From Thermoplasmata archaeon (lineage in GTDB: Archaea > Thermoplasmatota > Thermoplasmata > RBG-16-68-12 > JAFNFQ01): a DNA stretch of 59,016 nucleotides. Below the pieces are notes generated by a model. That model was not told the DNA's origin, did not search any database, and saw only the letters and a program-made list of their open reading frames with translations. The stretch covers positions 1-59,016 of the forward strand of contig JBGPQV010000019.1 of assembly GCA_041489255.1 (NCBI GenBank), written 5' to 3'. A program made the position numbers and the translations under genes. Of the stretch, positions 9,701 through 19,286 are shown piece after piece (positions within the stretch are counted from its first letter, which is position 1; each line of letters opens with the position of its first letter).

Positions 9701-11158
9701 ACGTTCTGCCCCGGCCCGAACCCGTTCATCGTCATAACAGATCCAGCCGATGGCGCCACTGGCGTGGCCCTGGACAAGCTCGTGTTCGTACAGTTCAACA
9801 AGACGATGGACCGCGCGTCGCTGAGCGTCCAGGTCACCCCGAACTTCCCGATGGCCCCGATCTGGGGCGCGCTGGACATGTACCTCAACCTGTCGCATGC
9901 GCCGTTCGCAGAGGACACCACCTATACGATCACCATACACGCGTGCGACCTGTTCGCGCAGTGCCTCGTGCCCGGCCCGGTGCCGAACCCATGGTCCTTC
10001 ACAACGACCTCGACGAACCCGAAGATCATGCTGACTGATCCGGCGAACAACGCGGTAGATGTCCCGCTTGTGAAGACGATAGTGGTCGACTTCAACAAGC
10101 CGATGAACACGGGCTCCGTCAACGCGATCGTCAATCCGTCGGGAATAACATTCTCGAATTCATGGTCCAACGGCGACAGGAGATTGAGCATGGTCCATTC
10201 CGTGCAGTTGCAGGCATGCACACTGTACACCATCACGATTACCGGCCAGGACACGGTCGGGAATTCGCTCGTGCCCGGCCCCGTCCCGAATCCATGGTCG
10301 TTCACGACCACGTGCCTGCCTGCCGCCCCTCCCGGGCTGCAGGTGGCCCGCTCGGGCAATGACATCGTCCTGACATGGCGGGCGGCTACCTTGGCGACCG
10401 GCTACTACGTGTACAGCGCGACTAACCGCTTTGCACCATTGCCATGGGCCCAGGTCGGCAACGTGACCGGCCTGATCTACACCGCCACTGGCGACAACGC
10501 CGACACCATCAACCACTTCTACCTAGTCAGGGGCCACAACGCCCTCTGGCTCGAGGGACCGAACAGCTCGATGGGAGCGAGGATGTACAGGCAGTTCAGC
10601 CTCGCCTCCGGAGTCCCGAACTCGCAATGGTTCAGCCTGCCCTACCGGTCGACATACACTAAGGCCAGCGACATCACCACCGAGCTCACCGACGCGAAGA
10701 TCAACGTGGTCGCGAAGTGGGACGCGAGGAAGCAGACCACGATACTCTACTACTGGTTCCACAACGCCTGGCGCGGGCAGGACTTCAACGTCCTCCCCGG
10801 CGACGGGCTGTACATCGGCTTGGTCGCTTCCTTCGGCTGGTCGATCACCGGCACCGACAGCTCGACAGCACTGCAGTTCACGATGAACCCGCCACCCAAG
10901 ACGAACTACAACTTCATATCCTTGCCCTACACCACTTCGTACACCAACGCCCAGTCGATAACGAACGAGCTTACATCGTCCAAGGTTGTCGAACTCGGGC
11001 ATTGGGACGCGGCATCGCATGCCTGGCAGAAGTGGACGCTCTTCGGTGGCACATGGACGGGAACGAACTTCGCTATAATGCCCGGCGACGGGTTCTACAT
11101 GGTGATAGCATCGACTTTCACCTGGGCCCCGAAGCTGATCACGCCGGACGTTCCGTAG
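6710..11158 (+). CDS. Secreted Kelch propeller + 7x Big_5 + FN3-like + twin-repeat C-terminal domain protein (paralog of 1790..6412)
   Basis: Signal peptide (AKA/SLW) and SD GGAGG. Same domain order as the first paralog. The C-terminus has WFSLPY...PGDGLY and FISLPY...PGDGFY and ends LITPDVP (LITAEVP in the paralog). Confidence 0.9.
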   Translation: MASKKTVRCVVVALTFAFMMSAFVVMISPVAKASLWTQTTDLDFGAAQTTSNVNIQGTGASAYVQLNKTFFGWFNKNPVVAPSKRQAAASFFDTVNGRTMVMGGIDALSVNLNDTWAYYAATNTWSKLSDQAPWSARWSATAAFDSIHGIGVLFGGWDANGQNYETWEYAAATGTWTNRTGAAKPSLTSTPLAFDSAQQRIIASGMGRFVWETWAYDVTTHIWTARAGTNPPSDRASHSLVYYPLISRTVLYGGASGMSILDQTWEYNYLSDSWTDKTSQIGGGSPGGRSGFGFVYRATQNDLMLFGGLDPSGYPATTYRYWDDLGSRYWAMISTGSSPPGRVNLVMSYDTGTTSSVVFSGKDQPGNKLNDTWQFDNAYQPQGTLQSSKFNSLHSNTVWKKIFWNQTPGNVPAGGTIRFQIATCSSPDFTLPGCEFKGPDGSPSSYYVNPGTVIYALASPAQYMVYFVQILCSSCTDSPHLEDVSIEHTAASIPPTVANTYPWAQTGVPVNSQIWLNFSEPMDTGQVTVTLKDTGTWTNFPFSSVWQNSSVNLIMTHSGNPFEICTQYRYNITQAIDQEGQSMVGLPKTYVFSTYCPLPEIAQVYPHLSDVDIPLASAIYVNFSNSMNIGSVDVNVTPPLPDSNYQWSNGNKNVKVSHVADLDDCVLYTVNVTGMDIYAQGLLPGSVPNPWYFESHCKNPRVISTSPNGGSIEVAVDKSVTITFSHKMKPSTVNVAFTPTISLTPSWNAPANTTLTLSHPPAFTACTKYTINVTGQDTSGNNIQGGYYSFWIFTTCGGSPFVLQTMPIDQSIDVPLDYDVQIIFNEAMQRPTVEIALTVVPNDWTWTVEWVAMDAIIILNHTTDFSTCKTYFINVTGGRDVDENKPLVNGPVPRNFRFDTLCTSPSVKTWVPPDNSVDVARNQNIVITFNKPMNIGTFQYTIDPPITLGEAWTNGYTVFTLSHGPLFANCTDYSLRIGIAESQDGFALIGDRELNFRTFCPGPNPFIVITDPADGATGVALDKLVFVQFNKTMDRASLSVQVTPNFPMAPIWGALDMYLNLSHAPFAEDTTYTITIHACDLFAQCLVPGPVPNPWSFTTTSTNPKIMLTDPANNAVDVPLVKTIVVDFNKPMNTGSVNAIVNPSGITFSNSWSNGDRRLSMVHSVQLQACTLYTITITGQDTVGNSLVPGPVPNPWSFTTTCLPAAPPGLQVARSGNDIVLTWRAATLATGYYVYSATNRFAPLPWAQVGNVTGLIYTATGDNADTINHFYLVRGHNALWLEGPNSSMGARMYRQFSLASGVPNSQWFSLPYRSTYTKASDITTELTDAKINVVAKWDARKQTTILYYWFHNAWRGQDFNVLPGDGLYIGLVASFGWSITGTDSSTALQFTMNPPPKTNYNFISLPYTTSYTNAQSITNELTSSKVVELGHWDAASHAWQKWTLFGGTWTGTNFAIMPGDGFYMVIASTFTWAPKLITPDVP

Positions 11159-11174
11159 GAGAGGAGGTAAGAAC

Positions 11175-13688
11175 ATGAGAAAAGAACTGAGCATGGCAAT
11201 CGTGATTGGACTAGCGTTTGTGGCTTTGCAGGGGACCTTCGGGGTGAGTGCGCAGCCATACCCCAACAAGATCATAACGGGATTGGTCGGGCCGGTAGCC
11301 GGGCTGAACGCACCGGTGAACTACAGCAACGCAGTGCTGTACCTCACCACGCAGGCGACCGGGACCGAACCGCTCGTGATCCAGAACAGGCTCAACCTCG
11401 CGCCGCCCCCGCCAAACGCTGACTTCAGGCCGGACTACGCGCAGGACATCGGTGGCGTCAACTACGACTGGAATGCGGTCACCGACACGGTCATGGCGAT
11501 ATTCGAAGTGCGCAGGGGAATGAACGGATACGTCGGGATCAACTACACCAACTCAATCAAGGCGCCGCTGGACACCAACCTGATGCAGGAGCTCTCGGCG
11601 GTGAGCGTCGAGGCATATCCGACGCTGACGGTAACCAACCCGAGCGCGGGCGAGCTGGACGTCGCATGGACCGGGATGTCGGACCTGAACGGGAACATCC
11701 AGAGCTATGGCGTCTTGCGCTCGTTGGGTGGCGGAGATCCATACACCCACATAGCGAGCTGGCCTGCCGTTCCAAGCGGTGCACATAGCTACCCCAACAC
11801 CGGGCTTCCAGACGGCACGTACTGCTACAAGATCGACGTGGAGTACAAGAGGAACGTCCTTGGCAGCATTCTCAATTCGACGGTCGGCACGTCCGAGCCA
11901 AGCTGCCGGACGACTGCGGTGCCATTGGACATCTCTAGCACGACCCCGGCAAACAGCGTCATCGACATCCCCTTGACAGACCCGATAACGGTCACCTTCA
12001 ACAGGCCACCGGCGAGCCTCCCCGCGATTTCGGCAGATGTCAAGTCATTGGTTCCCATGGGTCAAACGGTCACGACAGCCCCGTCATTGCTCGGCTCTGT
12101 CTTGACACTTGCCCACGCGGCGGATCCGTATGTCGACTGCCGGGTGTACAAGGTGTGGATCAATGAGAGCGGAGTGCCTGTGCCCGCCACTCTCCCGGCC
12201 GTGAACCCTTGGACATTCACGGCGCTCTGCCCGAACCCGACGGTGGTGCCACCAACAATACCGGCCAATGGTGCCACCGGCGTGCCGTTAACCACGGACA
12301 TACAAATCACGTTCTCCAAGCCAATCAACACGGCGACATTCTTGGTGTCAATCAACCCCGTGATCACGCTGAACACGCCGTACACATGGAGTCTTGGTGA
12401 CACTGTCGTCACGATAACCCACGCACCGTTTGATCATGACGTCTTGTACACATTCACAATAACGACGGCCAACGACATGGGCGGCAACCCGCTTACAGGA
12501 GCGCCTTACTCATGGTCATGGACCGCCAACAGCCCGCCAACAATCACGGTCGATACGCCGACGGGCGGTTGCTACGCGATGGGACAGACCGTCTCCGTAG
12601 CATGGACCCCCGCTGACGATGCGACCCCGACGAACCTGTTGGACTACGTCATCATCGCCAACGACACCACGAGTTACAACGAACCCGTGGATTCTGGGTT
12701 GGCCGTACCTAACCCCCGCCTCTGGACCCCGCCGCTGATAGACGCCACGAACGTGCGTGTCAATGTCAGCGCAACCGACGAGGCAGGAGCAATGGGCTAC
12801 GGGTGGTCCGCCCCGTTCGACATCGACGTGACAGCGCCGACGATAGCGAGCTCGGGGCCGACGGGCACCGTTGGGTACGAGGCGACAATGCACGTCTACG
12901 TGAACTTCTCCGAGGCGATGGACACCGCATCAGTCGAGGCCAACATAACGATCGCACCGGCTGCGGCACACACCTACACTTGGTCAAACGGCGACAAGAA
13001 CCTGGACATCTCGGTCACGACTGTGGCTGACAAGCTCTACACCGTGACGGTCGGTGTCTTATCGAAGGACACGTGCGGCGGCGGCAACACGATGGCGGCT
13101 CAGGGGACTGTCAGCTTCACCACTGGCCCGAAGAAGCCCATGGCGCCGGTCTTGACCGGAACGGTGAACTCGGACAAGCAGATCACGCTCGCGTGGGTGG
13201 CCATATCGCTCTTCGAGGACGGCTCGCCGATCACGAGCGCGACCACGCTACAGTACAGGATCTACAGAGGCGCCATCGCGATTGCAACCGTGCCGGGTAC
13301 GCAACTGACCTACCAGGACACCGGCCTGACGGCCGACACCCAGTACTCCTACACAGTGCGGGTAGTCGCCAACGGCACGACATTGTCTGCCCCATCCAAC
13401 ACGTATACTGGCAAGACGCAGGTGACACAGGGCGGCATGGACTGGACGGTGATAATCCTCATCCTGATCATCGTGATAGTCGTGGTAGTGATTATCGTGG
13501 CACTCCTGATGAGGAAGAAGAAGCCCGAGGTCACGGAAGAGGCACCACCCGAGGAAGTCCCGGCAGAAGAGGCGCCACCGGAGGAAGCACCCGTTGAAGG
13601 AGAGGCCCCGCCGGAAGGCGAGGCACCTCCCGAGGGAGAGACGCTACCGGAAGGAGAGGGTGGCGAAGAGTCGCCCCCTCCCGCCTAG
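11175..13688 (+). CDS. Membrane-anchored surface protein: unknown N-domain, FN3 and Big_5 Ig-like domains, C-terminal TM helix, acidic Pro/Glu tail
   Basis: Strong SD GGAGGT, 16 nt after the preceding stop. Signal peptide, Ig/FN3 motifs, TM WTVIILILIIVIVVVVIIVALLM-RKKK, and EEAPP-like repeats. Confidence 0.88.
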   Translation: MRKELSMAIVIGLAFVALQGTFGVSAQPYPNKIITGLVGPVAGLNAPVNYSNAVLYLTTQATGTEPLVIQNRLNLAPPPPNADFRPDYAQDIGGVNYDWNAVTDTVMAIFEVRRGMNGYVGINYTNSIKAPLDTNLMQELSAVSVEAYPTLTVTNPSAGELDVAWTGMSDLNGNIQSYGVLRSLGGGDPYTHIASWPAVPSGAHSYPNTGLPDGTYCYKIDVEYKRNVLGSILNSTVGTSEPSCRTTAVPLDISSTTPANSVIDIPLTDPITVTFNRPPASLPAISADVKSLVPMGQTVTTAPSLLGSVLTLAHAADPYVDCRVYKVWINESGVPVPATLPAVNPWTFTALCPNPTVVPPTIPANGATGVPLTTDIQITFSKPINTATFLVSINPVITLNTPYTWSLGDTVVTITHAPFDHDVLYTFTITTANDMGGNPLTGAPYSWSWTANSPPTITVDTPTGGCYAMGQTVSVAWTPADDATPTNLLDYVIIANDTTSYNEPVDSGLAVPNPRLWTPPLIDATNVRVNVSATDEAGAMGYGWSAPFDIDVTAPTIASSGPTGTVGYEATMHVYVNFSEAMDTASVEANITIAPAAAHTYTWSNGDKNLDISVTTVADKLYTVTVGVLSKDTCGGGNTMAAQGTVSFTTGPKKPMAPVLTGTVNSDKQITLAWVAISLFEDGSPITSATTLQYRIYRGAIAIATVPGTQLTYQDTGLTADTQYSYTVRVVANGTTLSAPSNTYTGKTQVTQGGMDWTVIILILIIVIVVVVIIVALLMRKKKPEVTEEAPPEEVPAEEAPPEEAPVEGEAPPEGEAPPEGETLPEGEGGEESPPPA

Positions 13689-13760
13689 ATGCCTATAGAC
13701 GCCGATACTAGGGTGGAAAGGGCTATATCTCCGACCGCGGGTGAAAAGAGCTCGCGGCAC

Positions 13761-16700
13761 ATGACAGCGCTAGCTTCCTCCCGGCCGGCATTAGCCAGAG
13801 TCGCCTGCGCAGCGATTGCGCTGCTCTTCGTCGCGACGGCGGTGACCCTTCCGCCCAGCACCTCGGGGCACAGGCTCCCCGAGGCCGGGATCTTCTCGAG
13901 ATACGTGCAGGGGCAGGTCACGGCGGAAGGCAACATCACCGCGGCGGAATGGCAGGACGCGGCGGTCGTGGACCTATCCGCCATCCCTTTCAACACCGCG
14001 ACTGCATACATGCTCATCCGGAACAACGGCACGATGCTCCACATAGCCTACGACGTCACGAGCGACACGACGCAGGGGGCGAACGATGCCGCGGGCATCG
14101 CTTTCGACGGTGACCACAATGGGGCGCCGACGCCCCAGGGCGACGGCGAGTACAGCGTCAGGGCAAGCAATGACAGCGCATGCCTGCCGTTCGTCTCGGC
14201 CCGTTGTCACTACGTCTACTTGGGCCCGGGTACCGCCTGGACACCCCAGGACGCGATGGACCAAGCGCTTCCTTTCCATGGCGGGCTGTGGGCGGCGGTT
14301 GGTTTCGGTCCCTCGCAGAGGGAAGCCGCGCCGCACCGGATGTACGAATTCTCCATCCCCCTTGCGTTGATCGGGCGACCGACCGCCGCGGTGAAGGCCG
14401 GGGACATCGTCGGGTTCTACGCCAGCCACCACAGCTCTCCGTTCGTCGGCGTCTGGGACGGGGACTCTTCGAGCACTGCGTCGTGGCCGGACAACTCCCC
14501 CCTCGGGCCGAACGGCTACGGGCACCTGTACCTCGCTGCGCCGACTGGAGCCGCGCTCACGCCAGACTACTCTTACAAACCGGCGAGCCAATCGCAGCCA
14601 GCGGTCCACCGCCTCAGTCTCAGGAACATGGGACAGGGCACGGACAGGTTCGACTTGGCCGCAAGTCCGGGTCTCGGATGGACCGTGGAGCTGAGGGACA
14701 ACCTCGGCACTCTCCTGACGAACCATGGCGGGAATGCGACGCTCCCCGATGTGGGCCCCCTCCTCCCGGGCGCGGAGACTTCGATCGTCGTGACTGTCAT
14801 CCCGCCGCCGAGCGCGTCCCCGGGCACCGTCGACGAGATGACTCTCGAGGTCCGGCCCTGGTCCGACGAGTCGAGGACAGCAGCGGCGACACTGCGGTCG
14901 GCCACCCCGATTCCTGCACCCTGGTCCGACGATATGGAGGGCGGTGCGCCGGGGTGGCACGTGCTCTCCCGTCCGGTGAACGATTGGCAGCTCGGGACGC
15001 CGAGCGTGACCTTCCCCACTGGGCCGACGACGGCGCATTCGGGTGCGAATGTGTGGGGCACGAACTTGGCGGGGAACTACAGCCTGAGCAGCTTCTCGAT
15101 CCTGGAGACGCCCCAGGTCCGCATCCCCGACTATGTCTCTGTCGCGCACCTGGTCTTCTGGCACTGGTACAGGATCATAGGCGGCTACGGGGACGGCGCG
15201 TGGGTGGAGGTGAGTTCCGATGGCGGGGACTGGACTTTGATTCCGCCGGAGGCCGGCTATCCCGCGCAGCGGCTCGGCGGACAGCCCGCGTTCGCGGGGG
15301 CGAGCGGCGCCTGGGTCATGGCAGACTTCAACCTCACGTCCTTCGCGGGACATTCGGTGGCATTCCGCTTCATCCTGTGGGACTGGCTCGCCAACGGGGT
15401 CACGGCTGGCTGGTACATCGACGACGTGACGGTCCAGGCCTCGCTCCCCGCAGCCGGGCTGCGCCTCACGCCGCCGACAGGTTTCATGGTCGGCTCCAAG
15501 CTCGATTCCCTCAAGCTCAATCTCACGATACAGAACGTAGGGAGCTCGGACGACGTGTTCGACCTCTCGTACAGTCAGCTGCTCGGATGGAACGTATCGT
15601 TCCTCGATCAGTTCGGCGTGCCCCTCGATGACACCGAGCGGCCCAGGGACGGCTTCGTCGACACCGGGCTCATCGCGTCAGGCAACCATGTCGATGTCAC
15701 CCTCAACGTCACCATATCCGCGAGCGCGACCCCCGGCGAGATCGAGTCGGTGACTGTCGTCTTCCGCTCGAGCCTCGACATAGGAGTCTCGGCGAACGGG
15801 CAGTACAAGTTCCAGCTGGCCACGCCTTTACCCTACCTCGACGACGTGGAGTCGGGGGTAGCCGGTTGGGTGGCAGCCCCTGGCTCTCTCTGGCACCAGG
15901 TGAACAGTTGCCAGCCAAGCCCTCCGGCGTGGTTCATCTCCTACAGCCCCTGCCACAGCTGGTGGTACGGGCAGGACATGAAGGGCAACTATGCGACGGG
16001 GGCGAGGACATACGGCAACCTCACCTCCCCGCCGATAGAGCTCTTCAACGTCTCCGTGGCGCACTTGGGCTTCCGCTACTGGTACGAGACCGAGCCCACG
16101 GTGGAGTACGACCAGCGGTGGATCATGGTCAAGACGGACAACGGTCAGTGGCCAGGCAAGGGGCAGGCAGGATCATACCAGATGGGGCTGTTCTTCGACA
16201 AGACGTGGCTGGCGGCGAGCCTCGACCTCTCCTCCTTCATCGGGCACATCGTCCAGGTGAGGTTCTTCTTCGACAGCATAGACGCGCAGAACAACGCGCA
16301 TCAGGGTTGGTACATCGATGATGTGAACGTGTCTGTCTACACCCCGGGATCGACGCCGCCGAACATCGCGCTCGCGAGGCCGGTCATGGGCGAGCGCTTG
16401 ACGGCGGGGGTGCCCCAGGCGATAGTCTGGGACGCCTCGGACGATTCGGATCCTCCGAACGCACTCAGGGTCTGGGTGAACTACTCGTGGACCGGATCTG
16501 CCCCGTGGACCCCGGTGCCGAGTGCCCAGGCGGTGCGAGGCGATTCGTCACCCGTGACCTGGACACCGCCTTGCGAGAATCTCACCGGCGTAGCGCTGAA
16601 CGCGACAGTCGCCGACACGTTCGGCCTTTTCAGCTGGTCAGGGCCGATCAGATTCGACCTGGACTGCCGCAAGCCCGCCGTCGTGAGTAGCCAACCGAGG

Positions 16701-18224
16701 AATCCGCCGGATGTCTCCGTAAAGACGAACGTCAGCGTCACCTTCAGCGAGGAGATGAACACCACCGCGGCGCAGTCCGCCTTCAGCCTGAAGACGGTAC
16801 CCGGATGGATGCCCGTCTCCGGGACGTTCTCTTGGGCCGGCAACACGATGTACTTCGTCCCCTCGAGCGACCTCAGGGCGTCCACGGTCTACCAAGCGAA
16901 CGTCTCGGCGTCCGCGACCGACATCTCCCATCCCGGAAACGGCCTGGCGGCGCCTTTCACGTGGCAGTTCACCACAAGCTCCCATGCCGATTCTCCTCCT
17001 GATGTTTCGATCCAGACGCCGTCTGGCGGTGAAGACTGGTCGGGACATACCCCGACGAACCCCGACATCAGGAACATCGAGTGGACGGTCTCGGACGATT
17101 TCGATCTCAAGGCCGCGCTCAGGGTGTGGGTCAACTACACGACGGACAGCGGGGGCAGCTGGGCCCCGCTGAGCCCGTTCCAGCCCCTCAACGGCACGAC
17201 CGCCAAGATCCCGTGGGAGGTGCCGTGCGCGGATACCACCCAGGCCGCGATAGGCGTCGATGCTATCGACACCGGGGGCAAGAGGAGATCGGTCGCGAGC
17301 CCCCTGTTCAAGATTGACTGCAGCCCGCCGACAATAGTCAGCTACGAGCCGACGGGATATGTCGTCCCTCCAGACGCGAAGGTGATGGTGGCCTTCAACG
17401 AATCGATGAACCAGGGGAAGACGGAGGCGGCGTTCGACATGTGGAAGACTGACGACCTGATGCCCGTGGCGGGGTACTTCTCCTGGGTCGGGTCAATCCT
17501 GACATTCGACCCGTCAATCGACCTGCTCCGTGGATCGACGTACCAGGTCCGAATAATCACCAATGCCAGTGACGCATCGAGCCCGGGGAACAAGCTGCAG
17601 GCGGAGATGACGTGGCAGTTCACAGTCGCGCAGGCGCCGCCTCCCCGCGTCAGCACGACCGATCCCGCGAACGGCACCGCGAACGTGCCAGTGGACCTGA
17701 GGATAATCACGATCACCTTCACCCCGAACACCACATCCTTCCAGGGCGCGGTGAACATCACCCCCTACATCAACTTCACGATGGAATCGCCTGTCGGCTC
17801 TTCCGTCATCATCGTCCACATCTGGAAGAAGCTTGACCTGGGCACCCGCTACCGCATCAGGTTGAACGCTTCTCTCATCCTCGACAACCTGAACAACCAT
17901 CTCGACGGCAACGGCGACGGGGCAGGCGGCGACGACTATTCATTCACGTTCACCACGGCGTCCAGCGAGCCGCCGATAGAGAACGAAATCCCTCCGTGGA
18001 TCTGGGCAATCCCGCTGGCGGCGATTGGCTTCGTGGTCCCGCTGGCGGCATACGTCTGGCGGAGGAAGAGGAAGGAGAAGAGGAGACGGAGGCGGCGGGA
18101 GAGAAAGGCAACCTCCGTTTACAGGGAGACCATTGGGCCTGACAGGCGGATGGCGGGAGAGGTGGCGTCCGTTGAGAAAGAGGAGGAGAAGGTCAGTGAC
18201 GCTTCCCTGCGCCCTCCCTTCTGA
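13761..18224 (+). CDS. Membrane-anchored multidomain surface protein (CBM9/DOMON-like, NEW3-like, 2x immune-inhibitor-A/MAM-like beta-sandwich, Big_5 repeats, TM, basic tail)
   Basis: The ORF is open from 13689. ATG 13761 is preferred (downstream of a TATA-like ctatat, followed by a signal-like segment). Motifs: EGNITAAEWQDA...MYEFSIPL, DDMEGG...GWYIDDV twice, FSEEMN/FNESMN. A TM helix is followed by RRKRKEKRRRRRRERK. Confidence 0.82.
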   Translation: MTALASSRPALARVACAAIALLFVATAVTLPPSTSGHRLPEAGIFSRYVQGQVTAEGNITAAEWQDAAVVDLSAIPFNTATAYMLIRNNGTMLHIAYDVTSDTTQGANDAAGIAFDGDHNGAPTPQGDGEYSVRASNDSACLPFVSARCHYVYLGPGTAWTPQDAMDQALPFHGGLWAAVGFGPSQREAAPHRMYEFSIPLALIGRPTAAVKAGDIVGFYASHHSSPFVGVWDGDSSSTASWPDNSPLGPNGYGHLYLAAPTGAALTPDYSYKPASQSQPAVHRLSLRNMGQGTDRFDLAASPGLGWTVELRDNLGTLLTNHGGNATLPDVGPLLPGAETSIVVTVIPPPSASPGTVDEMTLEVRPWSDESRTAAATLRSATPIPAPWSDDMEGGAPGWHVLSRPVNDWQLGTPSVTFPTGPTTAHSGANVWGTNLAGNYSLSSFSILETPQVRIPDYVSVAHLVFWHWYRIIGGYGDGAWVEVSSDGGDWTLIPPEAGYPAQRLGGQPAFAGASGAWVMADFNLTSFAGHSVAFRFILWDWLANGVTAGWYIDDVTVQASLPAAGLRLTPPTGFMVGSKLDSLKLNLTIQNVGSSDDVFDLSYSQLLGWNVSFLDQFGVPLDDTERPRDGFVDTGLIASGNHVDVTLNVTISASATPGEIESVTVVFRSSLDIGVSANGQYKFQLATPLPYLDDVESGVAGWVAAPGSLWHQVNSCQPSPPAWFISYSPCHSWWYGQDMKGNYATGARTYGNLTSPPIELFNVSVAHLGFRYWYETEPTVEYDQRWIMVKTDNGQWPGKGQAGSYQMGLFFDKTWLAASLDLSSFIGHIVQVRFFFDSIDAQNNAHQGWYIDDVNVSVYTPGSTPPNIALARPVMGERLTAGVPQAIVWDASDDSDPPNALRVWVNYSWTGSAPWTPVPSAQAVRGDSSPVTWTPPCENLTGVALNATVADTFGLFSWSGPIRFDLDCRKPAVVSSQPRNPPDVSVKTNVSVTFSEEMNTTAAQSAFSLKTVPGWMPVSGTFSWAGNTMYFVPSSDLRASTVYQANVSASATDISHPGNGLAAPFTWQFTTSSHADSPPDVSIQTPSGGEDWSGHTPTNPDIRNIEWTVSDDFDLKAALRVWVNYTTDSGGSWAPLSPFQPLNGTTAKIPWEVPCADTTQAAIGVDAIDTGGKRRSVASPLFKIDCSPPTIVSYEPTGYVVPPDAKVMVAFNESMNQGKTEAAFDMWKTDDLMPVAGYFSWVGSILTFDPSIDLLRGSTYQVRIITNASDASSPGNKLQAEMTWQFTVAQAPPPRVSTTDPANGTANVPVDLRIITITFTPNTTSFQGAVNITPYINFTMESPVGSSVIIVHIWKKLDLGTRYRIRLNASLILDNLNNHLDGNGDGAGGDDYSFTFTTASSEPPIENEIPPWIWAIPLAAIGFVVPLAAYVWRRKRKEKRRRRRRERKATSVYRETIGPDRRMAGEVASVEKEEEKVSDASLRPPF

Positions 18225-19233
18225 GCATCGAGACGAATGACTCGTTGTCCGCTTTCACTATCTCCACCTTCGCGGGCTCGCCCAGGTTCGGCGGCCTCGG
18301 CACCTTAGCGTTCCTCGCTTCGGCGGGGTCGAAGTACTCGACCTCCTTGTCCGTGATCGATATCACCTCGGCATCGAAGCGTTCCGATTCGACGACCCTG
18401 CCCCTCTCCATCTTCGTCCCCGTCGGCGACAATCTCTCCCCACTCTTGAGATCCCTGAGCACCGGCCGCTGCCCCATGGAGACGACCTCGAACATCCTGC
18501 CCTCCATGCGCACGACGTCGCCCTTCCTGTACCGGGGCAGCCTGACGAGGTGCGTGGTCCTGTAGATTTCCTTGCCGTCCTTGAGTCCGAAGAGCTTCGG
18601 AGACACGCCGACCGTGCCGCCATACTTCGCCCTGATCCCCTTCGCGATGTTCCTCCCCAGGTCGTGGCTGCTGAGGTAGATGTCGACTCCGCCCTTCACC
18701 GGCTCCATCTTCGAGATGAACGCCTCGCCCTTCGAGGCGGCGCGTTCCACGATGCGCTCCGTGAACCCGACGGTTTCGTCGATCTCTTCGTCGGAGAGCC
18801 GCCTCTCGTCCGCCCTGATCTGCAGTATCGCTTCGTAGTAGAACCCGGCCTTCCTCCCGCAGGTGGGGCAGGCGCCGCCGTGCACCCTGAGCCTCGTGCG
18901 GAAGTCCTTCATGAGGTCAAGGTCATCCACCCTGAGCACCGCCTTGACGATGACCAGGAAGTTTCGCTCGTCCTCCTGCCTGACGTCGAATGTGAACGTC
19001 CGGAACGTCACCTCCCTGGCGATGCGCACGTTCTTCTCGAGCAGGCGGAGGATCGCCCCTTCGATGTCAGTCTCCACCCACGCCTTGCCGACCAGGAGCT
19101 TGGAGCACTGGACGCACTTCACGACATCCATTGTCGCGGGCGGCTCGATCAGCTCGTGACGCTTGAGGAAGCAGTTGGGGCACAACCCCTGTATCGTCTT
19201 GACCGTCGCGCCGCACTCGACGCAGAAGCTCAT
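18193..19233 (-). CDS. nmd3: NMD3-family ribosome biogenesis protein
   Basis: FCVECG...GLCPNC, CVQC and CPTC...YYEAILQIRA, GGVDIYLSS, KLFG.KDGKEIYR are archaeal NMD3 signatures. Confidence 0.9.
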   Translation of the reverse strand: MSFCVECGATVKTIQGLCPNCFLKRHELIEPPATMDVVKCVQCSKLLVGKAWVETDIEGAILRLLEKNVRIAREVTFRTFTFDVRQEDERNFLVIVKAVLRVDDLDLMKDFRTRLRVHGGACPTCGRKAGFYYEAILQIRADERRLSDEEIDETVGFTERIVERAASKGEAFISKMEPVKGGVDIYLSSHDLGRNIAKGIRAKYGGTVGVSPKLFGLKDGKEIYRTTHLVRLPRYRKGDVVRMEGRMFEVVSMGQRPVLRDLKSGERLSPTGTKMERGRVVESERFDAEVISITDKEVEYFDPAEARNAKVPRPPNLGEPAKVEIVKADNESFVSMLRREGAGKRH

Positions 19234-19286
19234 GTCGCCTCGAAAGAGGCCGGCGCCCTCTTAACCTTGCCGCCAATCTAGGATTG

